Source of the DNA: Thermomicrobiales bacterium | Lineage (GTDB): Bacteria > Chloroflexota > Chloroflexia > Thermomicrobiales > UBA6265 | Direction: 5' to 3' | Assembly: GCA_034431475.1 (NCBI GenBank) | Contig: DAOUDE010000074.1 | Coordinates: 31,348 to 95,347 of the forward strand | DNA: 64,000 nucleotides | Shown: piece after piece, positions 52,421-62,270 of the stretch | Layout: the number at the start of each line of letters is the position of its first letter | Position numbering within the stretch: the stretch's first letter is position 1 | Program-made: the position numbers and the translations under genes | Notes under the pieces: model-generated | Database searches by the model: none | What the model saw: only the letters and a program-made list of their open reading frames with translations | Told to the model about the DNA's origin: nothing

Positions 52421-53773
52421 ATGAGTGTCTTCGACGCGCACCTCGAGCCAGCAACGCGCTTCCGCATCTCCTCCGTTATCCGCGATGCGCTGTACGACCG
52501 TATTCCCTTGACAGTGCCGGAACTCGCACTCATCAATACGTCCGCGTTCGCCCGCCTGGAACGCATCCAGCAGCTTGGTTTCGTGTCGCGGGTATGGCCG
52601 AGTGCCCGCCATACCCGGTTCGAGCACTCGCTTGGGGTTATGCATCTGACCCGGCTGGCGGTCGCGCACATCCGGGCGACGCCAGAAGGTGCAGCGATCA
52701 CCGACGACGATGCACGCGCGGTCGTCGCCGCAGCGCTGCTGCATGACATCGGGCACTACCCCTTTTCGCATGCCATCGAAGAACTGGGTGGGCCGATCGT
52801 CCCCCATGAGGAGATTGGCCGCCAGATCATAACCGGGCCAGAAATCTCGGGGATTCTTGTTGACACCTGGGGCGTTGCCCCTGGCCGCGTGGCAGACTTC
52901 GTGTTCCCTGGCGACCGCTCCAGGGCGCTGACAGATCGCGTCCTGACGGGCCTGCTCTCTGGCGCACTGGACATGGACAAACTCGATTACCTGCCAAGAG
53001 ACGCCCGGGCCTGCAACGTTCCGTATGGTGGCGTCGACACGGCTCGCCTGATCTCCGCCCTCACCATCGCCCCCGTTGGCGCCACCCCCGCGCTCCTCGA
53101 GCCGCGCGTGGCAATACAGGAAAAAGGCATCAGTCCGCTCCATTCGTTGATCAATGCTCGGCAGGCCATGTTCGACAACGTGTACTGGCATCACACCAAC
53201 CGTGCGTGCAGCGCCATGCTCTTGCGCGCGGTCCAGGACGCGGTGTTGGCTGGAGCAATTGCGCCGGAATCTCTCCCAACGAAAGATGATCGCTCGCTCC
53301 TCGACACGCTCGCGCTGCCCGACATGCCTGAATCCACCCAGCGTCTGGCGGCTGCGCTGCAGTCGCGACAGGTCTTCAAGCGGGCTGTCGAAATTGGCTC
53401 ACGCGCGGTAGAGCTCTACGGGCGACTGGGCAACCTCTACTTCGATCCGCTCGCGCGCAGGGAGGTTGAACTGCGTCTCACCGAATCACTCTCTGCCGCA
53501 ACCCGTCGCCACGTTCCGCACGAAGCCATCCTCATCGACGTCCCGAAACCCGAGAAGTGGAAGACCGACGTGTGGGTGCATTTCAAGAATCCGCCAGTCG
53601 GCTTTACCTCTCTCATGCCGTGGCGAGATGTGGTGGGACTGAGTGACGAGGACTTCAAACGGTATGAGGAGCACCGCCGCCTGATCCGCATCGTAGCCCG
53701 GGCGGACTTCCGTGATGATGTGCGTGACCTGTGGGAGCAGTTGCTGTACCCGCAACTTGGCGCGGCCATCTAG
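52421..53773 (+). CDS. HD-domain phosphohydrolase (dNTP triphosphohydrolase-like)
   Basis: RFEHSLGVMHL...AALLHDIGHYPFSHAIEE...DMDKLDYLPRD. Start at ATG 52421 (track ORF begins at 52355). Confidence 0.85.
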   Translation: MSVFDAHLEPATRFRISSVIRDALYDRIPLTVPELALINTSAFARLERIQQLGFVSRVWPSARHTRFEHSLGVMHLTRLAVAHIRATPEGAAITDDDARAVVAAALLHDIGHYPFSHAIEELGGPIVPHEEIGRQIITGPEISGILVDTWGVAPGRVADFVFPGDRSRALTDRVLTGLLSGALDMDKLDYLPRDARACNVPYGGVDTARLISALTIAPVGATPALLEPRVAIQEKGISPLHSLINARQAMFDNVYWHHTNRACSAMLLRAVQDAVLAGAIAPESLPTKDDRSLLDTLALPDMPESTQRLAAALQSRQVFKRAVEIGSRAVELYGRLGNLYFDPLARREVELRLTESLSAATRRHVPHEAILIDVPKPEKWKTDVWVHFKNPPVGFTSLMPWRDVVGLSDEDFKRYEEHRRLIRIVARADFRDDVRDLWEQLLYPQLGAAI

Positions 53774-53809
53774 TTGCCGCCAACGGTCGGTAGGCCCGAC
53801 AATCGCCCC

Positions 53810-53983
53810 ATGCCTGCACACGATCCGGTCGACTTTGTGTCCGACCTCCCCGACGCCAGAACCATGCGACGCTTCTGGACCGCTTGGTTGGTGGTCCTGC
53901 TCGCGATGCTTACGGTCTTCATCGTGATCATCTTGATCGCGGCGGTGGTGGCCGACCCGGCGCACATTTCACCGGCCGGGTGA
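53810..53983 (+). CDS. small single-pass membrane protein (hypothetical)
   Basis: 57 aa from ATG 53810; RRFWTAWLVVLLAMLTVFIVIILIAAVVA hydrophobic helix. Confidence 0.4.
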   Translation: MPAHDPVDFVSDLPDARTMRRFWTAWLVVLLAMLTVFIVIILIAAVVADPAHISPAG

Positions 53984-54100
53984 TTCTGTTAGGATGCTCG
54001 CCAGCGTCAGGCGGCATTCGGGCCGCCGGACACGTTGCCCTGGTTGCAGACATTGAGCGCGGCGGAACGCCGCCGCGACTTGCCTGGAGGACGCAAGCCC

Positions 54101-54502
54101 ATGACTGAGCGCGATCCCCTTTCCATGCAGACGGACAACACCGAATTCGGCCGCACGTACGGCGACACCGTCGAGGCCGGGCCGATCAGCCAGGTCCAGA
54201 TTGGCGACCGCGTCGTCGATTCGACGGGCAAAGAATTCGGCAAAGTCAAGTTCGTCAAGATGGGCGACCCGACAGCAGCGACAACCAAGGGACAGGAAGG
54301 CTACGAGACGAGCTTCCTGGGCTGGCGGCTGGAAGGCGGTCTGGACAGGCTCCCCGAGCAAGACCAGGAGCGCCTGGTCCGAGTGGGCTACCTGCACATT
54401 GACATCCCGTTGGCCCCAGACAAGTACGCCGGCGCGTTCATGATCGACCGGGTCGAGGACGGCGCGGTCTACCTGGTCGTCACTGAAGAGAACTTGTACT
54501 AG
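54101..54502 (+). CDS. hypothetical protein, PRC-barrel/DUF2171-like segment
   Basis: ATG 54101 after GGAGG. VQIGDRVVDSTGKEFGKVKFVKMGD resembles PRC-barrel-type small proteins. Confidence 0.55.
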   Translation: MTERDPLSMQTDNTEFGRTYGDTVEAGPISQVQIGDRVVDSTGKEFGKVKFVKMGDPTAATTKGQEGYETSFLGWRLEGGLDRLPEQDQERLVRVGYLHIDIPLAPDKYAGAFMIDRVEDGAVYLVVTEENLY

Positions 54503-54512
54503 CGGAAACTCT

Positions 54513-54539
54513 GCGGTCCCGGAGCGTCCCCGGGACCGC
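54513..54539. terminator. bidirectional hairpin between convergent genes
   Basis: GCGGTCCCGG-AGCGTCC-CCGGGACCGC. Confidence 0.65.
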
Positions 54540-54547
54540 CACCCGGT

Positions 54548-55504
54548 TCACGTGCTCTTGAACAGTCCCGAACTCAAGTAGCGCGCGCCGCTGTCACAGG
54601 CAATGGTGGCAACGGCGTGGCCGTCAGGGAGCGTGGCGGCGATCCTCAACGCAGCGGCAACATTGCCTCCGGTTGAATACCCGGCAAGTAGGCCTTCCTT
54701 TGTCGCCAGTTCCCTGGCGAGCGCGATCGCCGACGCGTCGTCAATGGCCACCGTTCCGTCGCACAGCGCAGGGTCCCACAGCGGCGGAATCATCGCGTAA
54801 CCTGCGCCCTGGAGCACATGGCCGGGCGCCGTGGTGGCCAAACCGGCGATGGTTTGGGCGCCCTCTGGTTCGACTGCAAGGCAGCGAATACTGGCATCCC
54901 GGCTCTTCAGCGCGCGAGCAACACCAATGAAGGTGCCGCCCGTACCCACCAGCGTGACGAACGCAGCCAGGTGTCCTTCAGCTTGTTCCCAGATTTCAGG
55001 GCCAGTCCCCAGCTCATGCGCAGCGGAATTGGACGGGTTGCGGAACTGATCAGGCCGCCAGGCTCCAATCTCCGCGACGAGTTCCTGCGTCCGCGTCTCG
55101 ACCAGCGCCAGGTCTGCGCCGCTTACCTTGCCCGGTACGCCGTCCGGCAATTGCGGCACGAGCTCGATGGTTGCTCCGTATGCGGCCAGCAGCGTCCGGC
55201 GCTCCGGGCTATTCCCTTCGCTCATCACCGCGATCATGGGGTAGCCCAGAACAGCGCAGACCATCGCCAGCCCGATGCCCATGTTCCCGCTCGTCAGTTC
55301 CACCACGGGCTGGCCCGGCGCCAACGCACCGGACGCAATCGCGTCGAGCACGCACTGCCGCGCCGGCCGGTCCTTCACACTCCCGCTGGGATTGGCCGAC
55401 TCCAGTTTGAGCAGGACCCGGCCCGGTAACCCGGCAGTCAGGCGATCCAGCCACACCGCCGGGGTATTGCCGATTGCGTTCAGGATCGAGCTGTCTTGTG
55501 TCAC
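54548..55504 (-). CDS. cysK: cysteine synthase (PLP-dependent, CysK/CysM family)
   Basis: 318 aa; IGNTPAVWL...KLESANPSGSVKDRPA (PLP lysine), TSGNMGIGLA, GTGGTFIG. Confidence 0.93.
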   Translation of the reverse strand: MTQDSSILNAIGNTPAVWLDRLTAGLPGRVLLKLESANPSGSVKDRPARQCVLDAIASGALAPGQPVVELTSGNMGIGLAMVCAVLGYPMIAVMSEGNSPERRTLLAAYGATIELVPQLPDGVPGKVSGADLALVETRTQELVAEIGAWRPDQFRNPSNSAAHELGTGPEIWEQAEGHLAAFVTLVGTGGTFIGVARALKSRDASIRCLAVEPEGAQTIAGLATTAPGHVLQGAGYAMIPPLWDPALCDGTVAIDDASAIALARELATKEGLLAGYSTGGNVAAALRIAATLPDGHAVATIACDSGARYLSSGLFKST

Positions 55505-55576
55505 GCTGCTCCCCAGAACCAGACCCGGCGGATCCAGGCCGCGATCACGGTCTCACACCGCTATACTCGCTGGAGT

Positions 55577-56353
55577 ATGTCTGAGATCACCTTTCTTGGC
55601 ACCGGTACCTCCAACGGCATACCGGTGATCGGATGTGAGTGCGCCGTTTGCCGGTCTGATGATCCGCGGGACAAGCGCACCCGCACGTCGGCGGTTGTGC
55701 GAGCCGGCGGGATGACCTTTCTGATCGACACCGCCACGGAGCTCCGCGCACAAGCGCTGGCAACTGGCCTCTCCCACGTCGATGCCGTGCTCATGACCCA
55801 TGCCCATGCCGACCACACTGGTGGGTTCGACGATCTGCGTCGCTTCAACGAACTACAGCAAGAGCACCTTCCTGTGTATGCCGACCCCACAACCGCTGCT
55901 GTCCTGCGAGACCGTTTCGCGTACACCTTCGTTGATGCGTTTTCGTTCTACGGCGGGAAACCCGATCTCCTCCTGCACGAGGTGAAAGGGCCGTTCGAGG
56001 CGCTCGGTCAGGAAATTGTTCCCATCCCCGTCCTCCACGGTCGCCTACCCATTTCGGGATACCGCATAGGGAACCTGGCGTATGTAACCGACGCCAAGAC
56101 GATCCCGAATGAGTCGCTGGAATTGCTCCAGGGGCTTGACGTTCTGGTCCTGAATGGGTTGCGTGAGCGCGAGCATCCGACGCACCTCAGCTTTGGCGAG
56201 GCCATCACCATCATTGAACACGTCGCCCCTCGCCGTGCCTACCTCGTGCATCTCTCCCACGAGACAAGCCACGAGCACGCACAAAGCCTGCTCCCTCCCG
56301 GCATTGAGATCGCCTGGGACGGCCTCACGGTCGAAATCCCCGACGCCTCTTGA
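55577..56353 (+). CDS. MBL-fold metallo-hydrolase (PhnP-like)
   Basis: MSEITFLGTGTSNGIPVIGCECAVC..., HAHADH motif. ATG 55577. Confidence 0.87.
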   Translation: MSEITFLGTGTSNGIPVIGCECAVCRSDDPRDKRTRTSAVVRAGGMTFLIDTATELRAQALATGLSHVDAVLMTHAHADHTGGFDDLRRFNELQQEHLPVYADPTTAAVLRDRFAYTFVDAFSFYGGKPDLLLHEVKGPFEALGQEIVPIPVLHGRLPISGYRIGNLAYVTDAKTIPNESLELLQGLDVLVLNGLREREHPTHLSFGEAITIIEHVAPRRAYLVHLSHETSHEHAQSLLPPGIEIAWDGLTVEIPDAS

Positions 56354-56551
56354 CGAGACGGGCTGGACATCGCACCCGATGATCCCGGCCACCCAGATTG
56401 CGGGGTAATCCGATGTGTGTCTCACGCGCTCTCGGGAGCGTGCTATATCTTTGTGTCACGAAAGACACCTGAACCACTGGTGCGATGCCGATCAGGAGCG
56501 CTGCGCAGGCGATGCTTCCACCACGGCGCGAACGGGAGATGGAGAACACGC

Positions 56552-58228
56552 ATGGCTGAGCCACGAGATCCCGGGCGAGAATTTGACACGCGGATGTCTG
56601 CCTATCTGGCGGAATTGCGCCAGACCTGGACTTCGCGCCGTGGCTTCATGCGATTGGCTGCCGGATCTGCCGGCGCCGCCGCCCTGACGGCCGCGCTTGG
56701 CGGCGCTTCGCAAGCCACGACTCGCCAGCTTGTCCCCGGGCTGCATCTTCTCGCCCAGGACGACACCAGCGTCGTCTTCGCGCTCGAAGGCGATGTGCGT
56801 GGCCTGGAGCCGGCCCTCTCCTACGACTTCACCGCCAACCCGGTGGTCTGCAACATCAGCGAAGGCCTGATGATGTTCACCCCGGAGGGTGGGCTGGAAC
56901 CTCTGCTGGCGGAATCATTCGACCAGCCAGACGAACTCACCTACGTTTACACGCTGCGCGAAGGCATCACGTTCGCTGATGGCTCGCCCGTCACCGCCGA
57001 CGATGTCCTGGCCTCGATCGCCCGGGTTCGCGACCCAGAGGTCGCCGGCCCCCTCGCGTGGATGTACGACGGACCCGAGGCCGTGGTTGAGAAGACCGAC
57101 GAGAAGACGATCACCATCAAGCTGGCGACGGCGAGCGCACTTTTCCGTTACGTCGTGGCCACAACGGCGGGCCACGTCATCCCTGCGGCGGCCATCGAGG
57201 AGTTTGGGCTGGACCTGCTGCGCAACCCACGCGGCACCGGGCCCTACCAATTCGTGAGCTGGGACGCCGGGAGTGAGATCGCCCTCACCAAGAACCCGAA
57301 CTACTGGCAGGAAGGCAAGCCCCACTTCGAGAACCTGACCTTCAAGATCGTCGAGGAAGGCACCACCCGCGTCACCGGCCTCAAGAACGGCGACCTGGAC
57401 ATGTTCACAGCCCTGCCGGCGGATCAGATTTCCACCGTGGCCGGGTTCGAGAACGCGAACATGCAGGACGTTGTCGGCTACACGATCAACTTCATGGCGA
57501 TGCGCACAGACCAGCCGCCCTTCGATGACATCAACATCCGCAAGGCCGTTGCGCACGCCGTCAACGTGCCGGAAATCATGACCGCCATCGTCGGCGACAC
57601 CGGCGTCCAGTCGCGGAACACGTCCGTTCCGCCGAACATGCCGGGCTCGGCAGCCGACGAACTGGAACCCGTGCCCTTTGACCTGGCGAAGGCGAAGGAG
57701 CTGATGGCCGCCTCCAGCATGCCGGACGGCTTCGCCACGAAGATCAACGTCATCGCCCCGAACGATATCTGGGTACCGCAATCAATTGCGATCCAGGAAG
57801 CCCTCAAGGAACTCAACATCGAGGTTGAGATCGTCCAGATGCCCTACGCAGACATGATTACGTTGCAACAGGCGGGCGACTACGAAGGAATCATGAACTT
57901 CCAGTGGGGTTCGGACTTCCCTGACGCCGCCGGCAACCTGATTCCGCTCTTCCTGTCCACCAACACCCCGCCGCAGAACAACCACTTCTATTACAACAAC
58001 CCGGAAGTGGATAAGCTGCTCAACGACTCAGAGGCGGAACTGGACGCGGACAAGCGCACGCAAATGCTCAAGGATGCCCAGAAGCTGATCTCCGAGGACC
58101 AGCCGGCCATCTTCCTGGAGCACTTCAAGTGGTTCCTGCCCATGTCCAGCCGTCTGTCAGGGTACACCCTGTCGCCGCTCTGGTACTGGGATGCCATCGG
58201 GCGCGACCTGGTTCCGGCAGACGCCTGA
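56552..58228 (+). CDS. ABC transporter substrate-binding protein, family 5 (peptide/nickel), Tat signal
   Basis: ATG 56552 after GGAGA (ATG 56594 is the alternative). SRRGFMRLAAGSAGAAALTAALGG; family-5 SBP body. Confidence 0.9.
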   Translation: MAEPRDPGREFDTRMSAYLAELRQTWTSRRGFMRLAAGSAGAAALTAALGGASQATTRQLVPGLHLLAQDDTSVVFALEGDVRGLEPALSYDFTANPVVCNISEGLMMFTPEGGLEPLLAESFDQPDELTYVYTLREGITFADGSPVTADDVLASIARVRDPEVAGPLAWMYDGPEAVVEKTDEKTITIKLATASALFRYVVATTAGHVIPAAAIEEFGLDLLRNPRGTGPYQFVSWDAGSEIALTKNPNYWQEGKPHFENLTFKIVEEGTTRVTGLKNGDLDMFTALPADQISTVAGFENANMQDVVGYTINFMAMRTDQPPFDDINIRKAVAHAVNVPEIMTAIVGDTGVQSRNTSVPPNMPGSAADELEPVPFDLAKAKELMAASSMPDGFATKINVIAPNDIWVPQSIAIQEALKELNIEVEIVQMPYADMITLQQAGDYEGIMNFQWGSDFPDAAGNLIPLFLSTNTPPQNNHFYYNNPEVDKLLNDSEAELDADKRTQMLKDAQKLISEDQPAIFLEHFKWFLPMSSRLSGYTLSPLWYWDAIGRDLVPADA

Positions 58229-58240
58229 GCATCACTCCCT

Positions 58241-58266
58241 GCGGGACCGGGCTTTCCCGGTCCCGC
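58241..58266 (+). terminator. intra-operon hairpin between the SBP and permease genes
   Basis: GCGGGACCGGG-CTTT-CCCGGTCCCGC, 13 nt after the SBP stop; no T tract. Confidence 0.45.
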
Positions 58267-58303
58267 AACCCTGGTCTGAACCGATCACGCTGGTACAAAG
58301 CTG

Positions 58304-59251
58304 ATGTTCAAACTCGTAGTTACACGATTGCTGACGCTGCTCCCGCTGATGTTTCTGATTACGTCGATCGTCTTCTTCATGGTCCGCTTCGTGCCAGGTG
58401 ACCCGGCCCGGATCATGGTGGGCGGCCAGCGCATCAGCGAGAAGAATCTCGCCAACATTCGCACTGCCTACAACCTGGACAAGCCGTTGCTGACCCAGTA
58501 CCGGCTGTGGGTGACGGATCTCGCCAGCGGCAACCTGGGGCGTTCATACCGGCAGCGCACCGCGGTCACAACCCTGATCCTGGAGCGCCTTCCACTCACT
58601 GCGAAGCTCTCTGGCTTCTCGTTTCTTCTTTCACTGCTGATTGCGGTTCCGCTAGGTGTCCTGGCAGCGGTCCACCGCAACACCTGGATAGATGTCGCGG
58701 CTACCATCTTCGCCGTGCTCGTGGCATCGTCACCGGTCTTCTTTACCGGCATCCTGCTGTTGCTGCTCTTCTCATTCAAGCTGGGTTGGCTACCGGCCCT
58801 CGGGGCCGGCGAAGGCGGCTGGGACGAGGTCAAGCACTTGCTGCTCCCATCGCTCACGCTCGGCCTCTCGCTCGCAGCCATTACGACCCGCATTACACGC
58901 TCGTCGATGGTCGAAGCCTTGACCCAGGACTACATCGAGACCGCGCGTGCAAAAGGCTTGCCGACACGCGTCGTCATCCTCAAGCACGCGCTCCGCAACG
59001 CGCTGGTGCCAATTGTGACAGTGTCGGGTCTGCTCTTCGGGTTCCTGATCGTCGGCACCGTGCTGGTTGAGCACACCTTCGGTCTCGGCGGGCTGGGCTC
59101 GCTCCTCATCGACGCCGTACAGGTGCGCGACTACCCGGTCGTCCAGGGTGCAACGGTGTTCATTGCCGCCATCTTCATCGTATTGAACCTGGTCGTGGAT
59201 GTGCTCTACGGCGTGATCGATCCCCGCGTCCGCTACGGCGGCAGGGCCTGA
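58304..59251 (+). CDS. ABC transporter permease (DppB/OppB-like)
   Basis: 315 aa; FFMVRFVPGDP N-terminal motif, EAA-like loop YIETARAKGLP. Confidence 0.93.
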   Translation: MFKLVVTRLLTLLPLMFLITSIVFFMVRFVPGDPARIMVGGQRISEKNLANIRTAYNLDKPLLTQYRLWVTDLASGNLGRSYRQRTAVTTLILERLPLTAKLSGFSFLLSLLIAVPLGVLAAVHRNTWIDVAATIFAVLVASSPVFFTGILLLLLFSFKLGWLPALGAGEGGWDEVKHLLLPSLTLGLSLAAITTRITRSSMVEALTQDYIETARAKGLPTRVVILKHALRNALVPIVTVSGLLFGFLIVGTVLVEHTFGLGGLGSLLIDAVQVRDYPVVQGATVFIAAIFIVLNLVVDVLYGVIDPRVRYGGRA

Positions 59252-59253
59252 GC

Positions 59254-60144
59254 ATGGTCGCCACGTCACTTCATGTCACTGAACATGCCGAGGCAGCATC
59301 GTCAGGCTGGTCCATGTTCTGGTGGCGCTTCCGCCACAACCAGAAGGCGATGATCGGCGGCATCATCGTTCTTCTCCTGATTGCCTGTGCCATCTTTGCG
59401 CCTCTCATCGCCCCCATGGACCCGAACGACGGCGAGTTGAGCGCCAGCCTCGCCGCTGTGGGAGAGAAGGGATATGCACTTGGCACTGACAAGAATGGCC
59501 GGGATGTCCTGAGCCGCCTCATTTACGGCAGCCGCACGGCACTTGGCGGCGCGCTCATGGTCGTGGTCATCTCCGAAATCATTGGGGTACCCGTCGGGAT
59601 CTGGGCAGCCTACCGGGGCGGCTGGGTGGACGAGACAATCACTCGCGTCTGGGATATGTTGCTCGCATTCCCGCCGCTTCTGCTCGCCTTCGCGGTCGTC
59701 GCCGCCTTCGGCCCTGGCTTGCCCAAGGCGGCATTTGCTCTCGGCATCCTGTATGTGCCCTTTATCGCCCGTGTAGTCCGCAGCGTCACCCTCGTGCAGA
59801 AGGAAATGGCGTACACCGAAGCTGCGCGAGCCCTCGGCTATCCCCAGAGTCGGATCATCTTCCGCCACATCCTCCCCAACTGCGTGTCGCCCGTCATCGT
59901 CGTGACGACTATTGACGTGGCCTACGCCATGCTCGACCTGGCCGCCCTGTCATTCCTCGGCCTCGGTGTGCAACCACCTACCGCCGACTGGGGCACCATG
60001 CTCTCCGAGGGCCAACTCGTGCTGCTCACCGCCCCTCACCTTGCCGTTGCGGCCGGCTCGGCGATCGTCCTCGCGGTTCTCGGCTTCAACTTGCTCGGCG
60101 ACGGCCTCAGGGACGTCCTGGACCCCCGCCAGGCACAACGATGA
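59254..60144 (+). CDS. ABC transporter permease (DppC/OppC-like)
   Basis: 296 aa; GTDKNGRDVLSRLIYG, EAARALGYP loop. Confidence 0.93.
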   Translation: MVATSLHVTEHAEAASSGWSMFWWRFRHNQKAMIGGIIVLLLIACAIFAPLIAPMDPNDGELSASLAAVGEKGYALGTDKNGRDVLSRLIYGSRTALGGALMVVVISEIIGVPVGIWAAYRGGWVDETITRVWDMLLAFPPLLLAFAVVAAFGPGLPKAAFALGILYVPFIARVVRSVTLVQKEMAYTEAARALGYPQSRIIFRHILPNCVSPVIVVTTIDVAYAMLDLAALSFLGLGVQPPTADWGTMLSEGQLVLLTAPHLAVAAGSAIVLAVLGFNLLGDGLRDVLDPRQAQR

Positions 60145-61154
60145 CCGAACCCCTGCTGCACATCGAGGACTTGCGCGTCTGGTTCGGCACCCGCGCCGGT
60201 GACGTTCGCGCAGTCGACGGCGTAGACCTGACGATTGGACCCGGGGAGATCGTCGGCCTCGTGGGAGAATCAGGTTCCGGCAAGAGCGTCACCGCCCGCT
60301 CGATCATGCGGCTCGTTCCCATGCCGCCGGGTCGCGTGGTGACGGGCCGCATCTTGTTCGAAGGCCAGGATCTGCTCGAACTCTCGGAGCGCGAAATGGA
60401 AGCCCTGCGTGGCGGGCGCATCTCCATGGTCTTCCAGGATCCGATGACCTTTCTCAACCCGCTCTTTACGGCTGGAGATCAGGTCGCGGAAGCCATCAGG
60501 CAGCACCAGCGCCTTAGCAAGTCCGCCGCGGAGGCCGAGACGCTGAGGCTCTTCCGGCAAGTCGGCATCCCATCACCCGAAGCACGCCTCAAGGCCTATC
60601 CGCACCAGCTTTCCGGTGGGTTGCGACAGCGCGTCATGATCGCCATGGCACTCTCGTCCCGTCCCGATCTGCTGATCGCGGACGAACCTACGACGGCGCT
60701 CGATGTCACCATCCAGGCGCAGATTCTTGCCTTGCTGCGTGACTTGCAACGTGACTCTGGCATGAGCATCCTGCTGATTACTCATGACCTCGGGGTTGTC
60801 GCGGAGATGTGCGACCGTGTCGCCGTCATGTATGCCGGGCGCGTGGTAGAAGACACGGATATTGAAACGTTGTTTGAGAATCCGCAGCACCCCTACACCC
60901 TGGGCCTCATGGGCGCGGCGCCGAGACCGGACCTGCCCGACCAGGCGCCGGTGCCGATCCCGGGCGCTCCGCCGGACATGACGCACCCGCCTTCCGGCTG
61001 CGCCTTCCATCCACGCTGCAGGTTTGCCGAGGAAATCTGCAGGGTCGACAGGCCGTTGTTGCGTGAGACCTCACCCGGCCACCGCGCCGCCTGCCATTTC
61101 GCCGGCTCGCCACACATTGCGCAGGAATCGATCGTGCTGGTGAACGCGGAATGA
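60141..61154 (+). CDS. ABC transporter ATP-binding protein (DppD/OppD-like)
   Basis: 337 aa; [30 protein letters not shown]-terminal oligopeptide-type Cys cluster. Confidence 0.95.
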   Translation: MTEPLLHIEDLRVWFGTRAGDVRAVDGVDLTIGPGEIVGLVGESGSGKSVTARSIMRLVPMPPGRVVTGRILFEGQDLLELSEREMEALRGGRISMVFQDPMTFLNPLFTAGDQVAEAIRQHQRLSKSAAEAETLRLFRQVGIPSPEARLKAYPHQLSGGLRQRVMIAMALSSRPDLLIADEPTTALDVTIQAQILALLRDLQRDSGMSILLITHDLGVVAEMCDRVAVMYAGRVVEDTDIETLFENPQHPYTLGLMGAAPRPDLPDQAPVPIPGAPPDMTHPPSGCAFHPRCRFAEEICRVDRPLLRETSPGHRAACHFAGSPHIAQESIVLVNAE

Positions 61155-62164
61155 CCAGTCCCTCTCAACCCGCCCTTCTCGAGGTCCGCAACCTCGTCAA
61201 ACACTATCCCGTTGGGCGGTCGATTGGCGATGTCCTGCGCGGCAGGCCAGGTGCGGCGGTCCGTGCTGTCGATGGAGTTTCATTCCAGGTGCAACGAGGG
61301 GAAACGCTGGCTCTCGTTGGGGAGAGTGGTTGCGGCAAGACCACCACCGGCCGCTGCGTGCTCTTCCTGCAACAACCTACGTCCGGAGACGTGCTCTTTG
61401 ATGGGGCAACGATCGATCCCCGGAACACCGCAATGCTGCAAGAGCGGCGCAAGCAGTTGCAGATCGTTTTTCAGGATCCGAATTCGTCCTTGAATCCGCG
61501 CATGACCATCGGCCAGACGCTTGGGGAGGCGCTGGTCTTCCACGATATGGTGCCGCAGAGAGCCAGGGGAGGCGCCGTCGCGGAACTCCTTGAGACCGTT
61601 GGCCTTGCCGCGCGCCACGCGGGCCGCTACCCAAATGAGCTTTCGGGTGGCCAACGCCAGCGCGTCGGCATTGCCCGGGCACTGGCGGTCAATCCGCAGT
61701 TGATCGTCGCCGATGAGCCAGTGAGCGCCCTCGATGTTTCGGTACAGGCGCAAATCCTGCAACTGTTGCAACGCCTGCGTGATGAGCGAGGTCTCTCGTA
61801 CCTCTTCATCAGCCATGACCTCGGTGTCGTTCGCCACATCTCGGACAACGTGGCGGTGATGTACCTTGGCGTCATTGTGGAGCAGGCCAGTACCCCTGCC
61901 CTGTTCGCCAACCCGCGCCATCCCTACACCCAGGCGCTGCTCGCCGCCGCTCCGGTTGCCAATCCAAAGCTGCGCCGCCCCCGCGCCCCCCTGCAGGGTG
62001 ACCCGCCCAGCCCCATCTCACCGCCTTCCGGATGTCGATTCCGAACGCGATGCCCCTACGCAACGGAACGTTGTGCCGCCGAAACTCCCCCACTGCGCGA
62101 ACTCGAGCCGGGGCATCTCGTTGCTTGCCACTACGCGGAGGACCTGAGCCTGGCCCAGTCCTGA
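61151..62164 (+). CDS. ABC transporter ATP-binding protein (DppF/OppF-like)
   Basis: 337 aa; [30 protein letters not shown]. Confidence 0.95.
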   Translation: MTSPSQPALLEVRNLVKHYPVGRSIGDVLRGRPGAAVRAVDGVSFQVQRGETLALVGESGCGKTTTGRCVLFLQQPTSGDVLFDGATIDPRNTAMLQERRKQLQIVFQDPNSSLNPRMTIGQTLGEALVFHDMVPQRARGGAVAELLETVGLAARHAGRYPNELSGGQRQRVGIARALAVNPQLIVADEPVSALDVSVQAQILQLLQRLRDERGLSYLFISHDLGVVRHISDNVAVMYLGVIVEQASTPALFANPRHPYTQALLAAAPVANPKLRRPRAPLQGDPPSPISPPSGCRFRTRCPYATERCAAETPPLRELEPGHLVACHYAEDLSLAQS

Positions 62165-62270
62165 GCCTGCCTTTGCTATGATCGGCTGGGAAGGGCGTGC
62201 TCGACGCGGCCTCAGCACCCTGTGCCTCGGTGATGTTGGTGAAGAGCATGGGAACATCGGACGCGTCACG

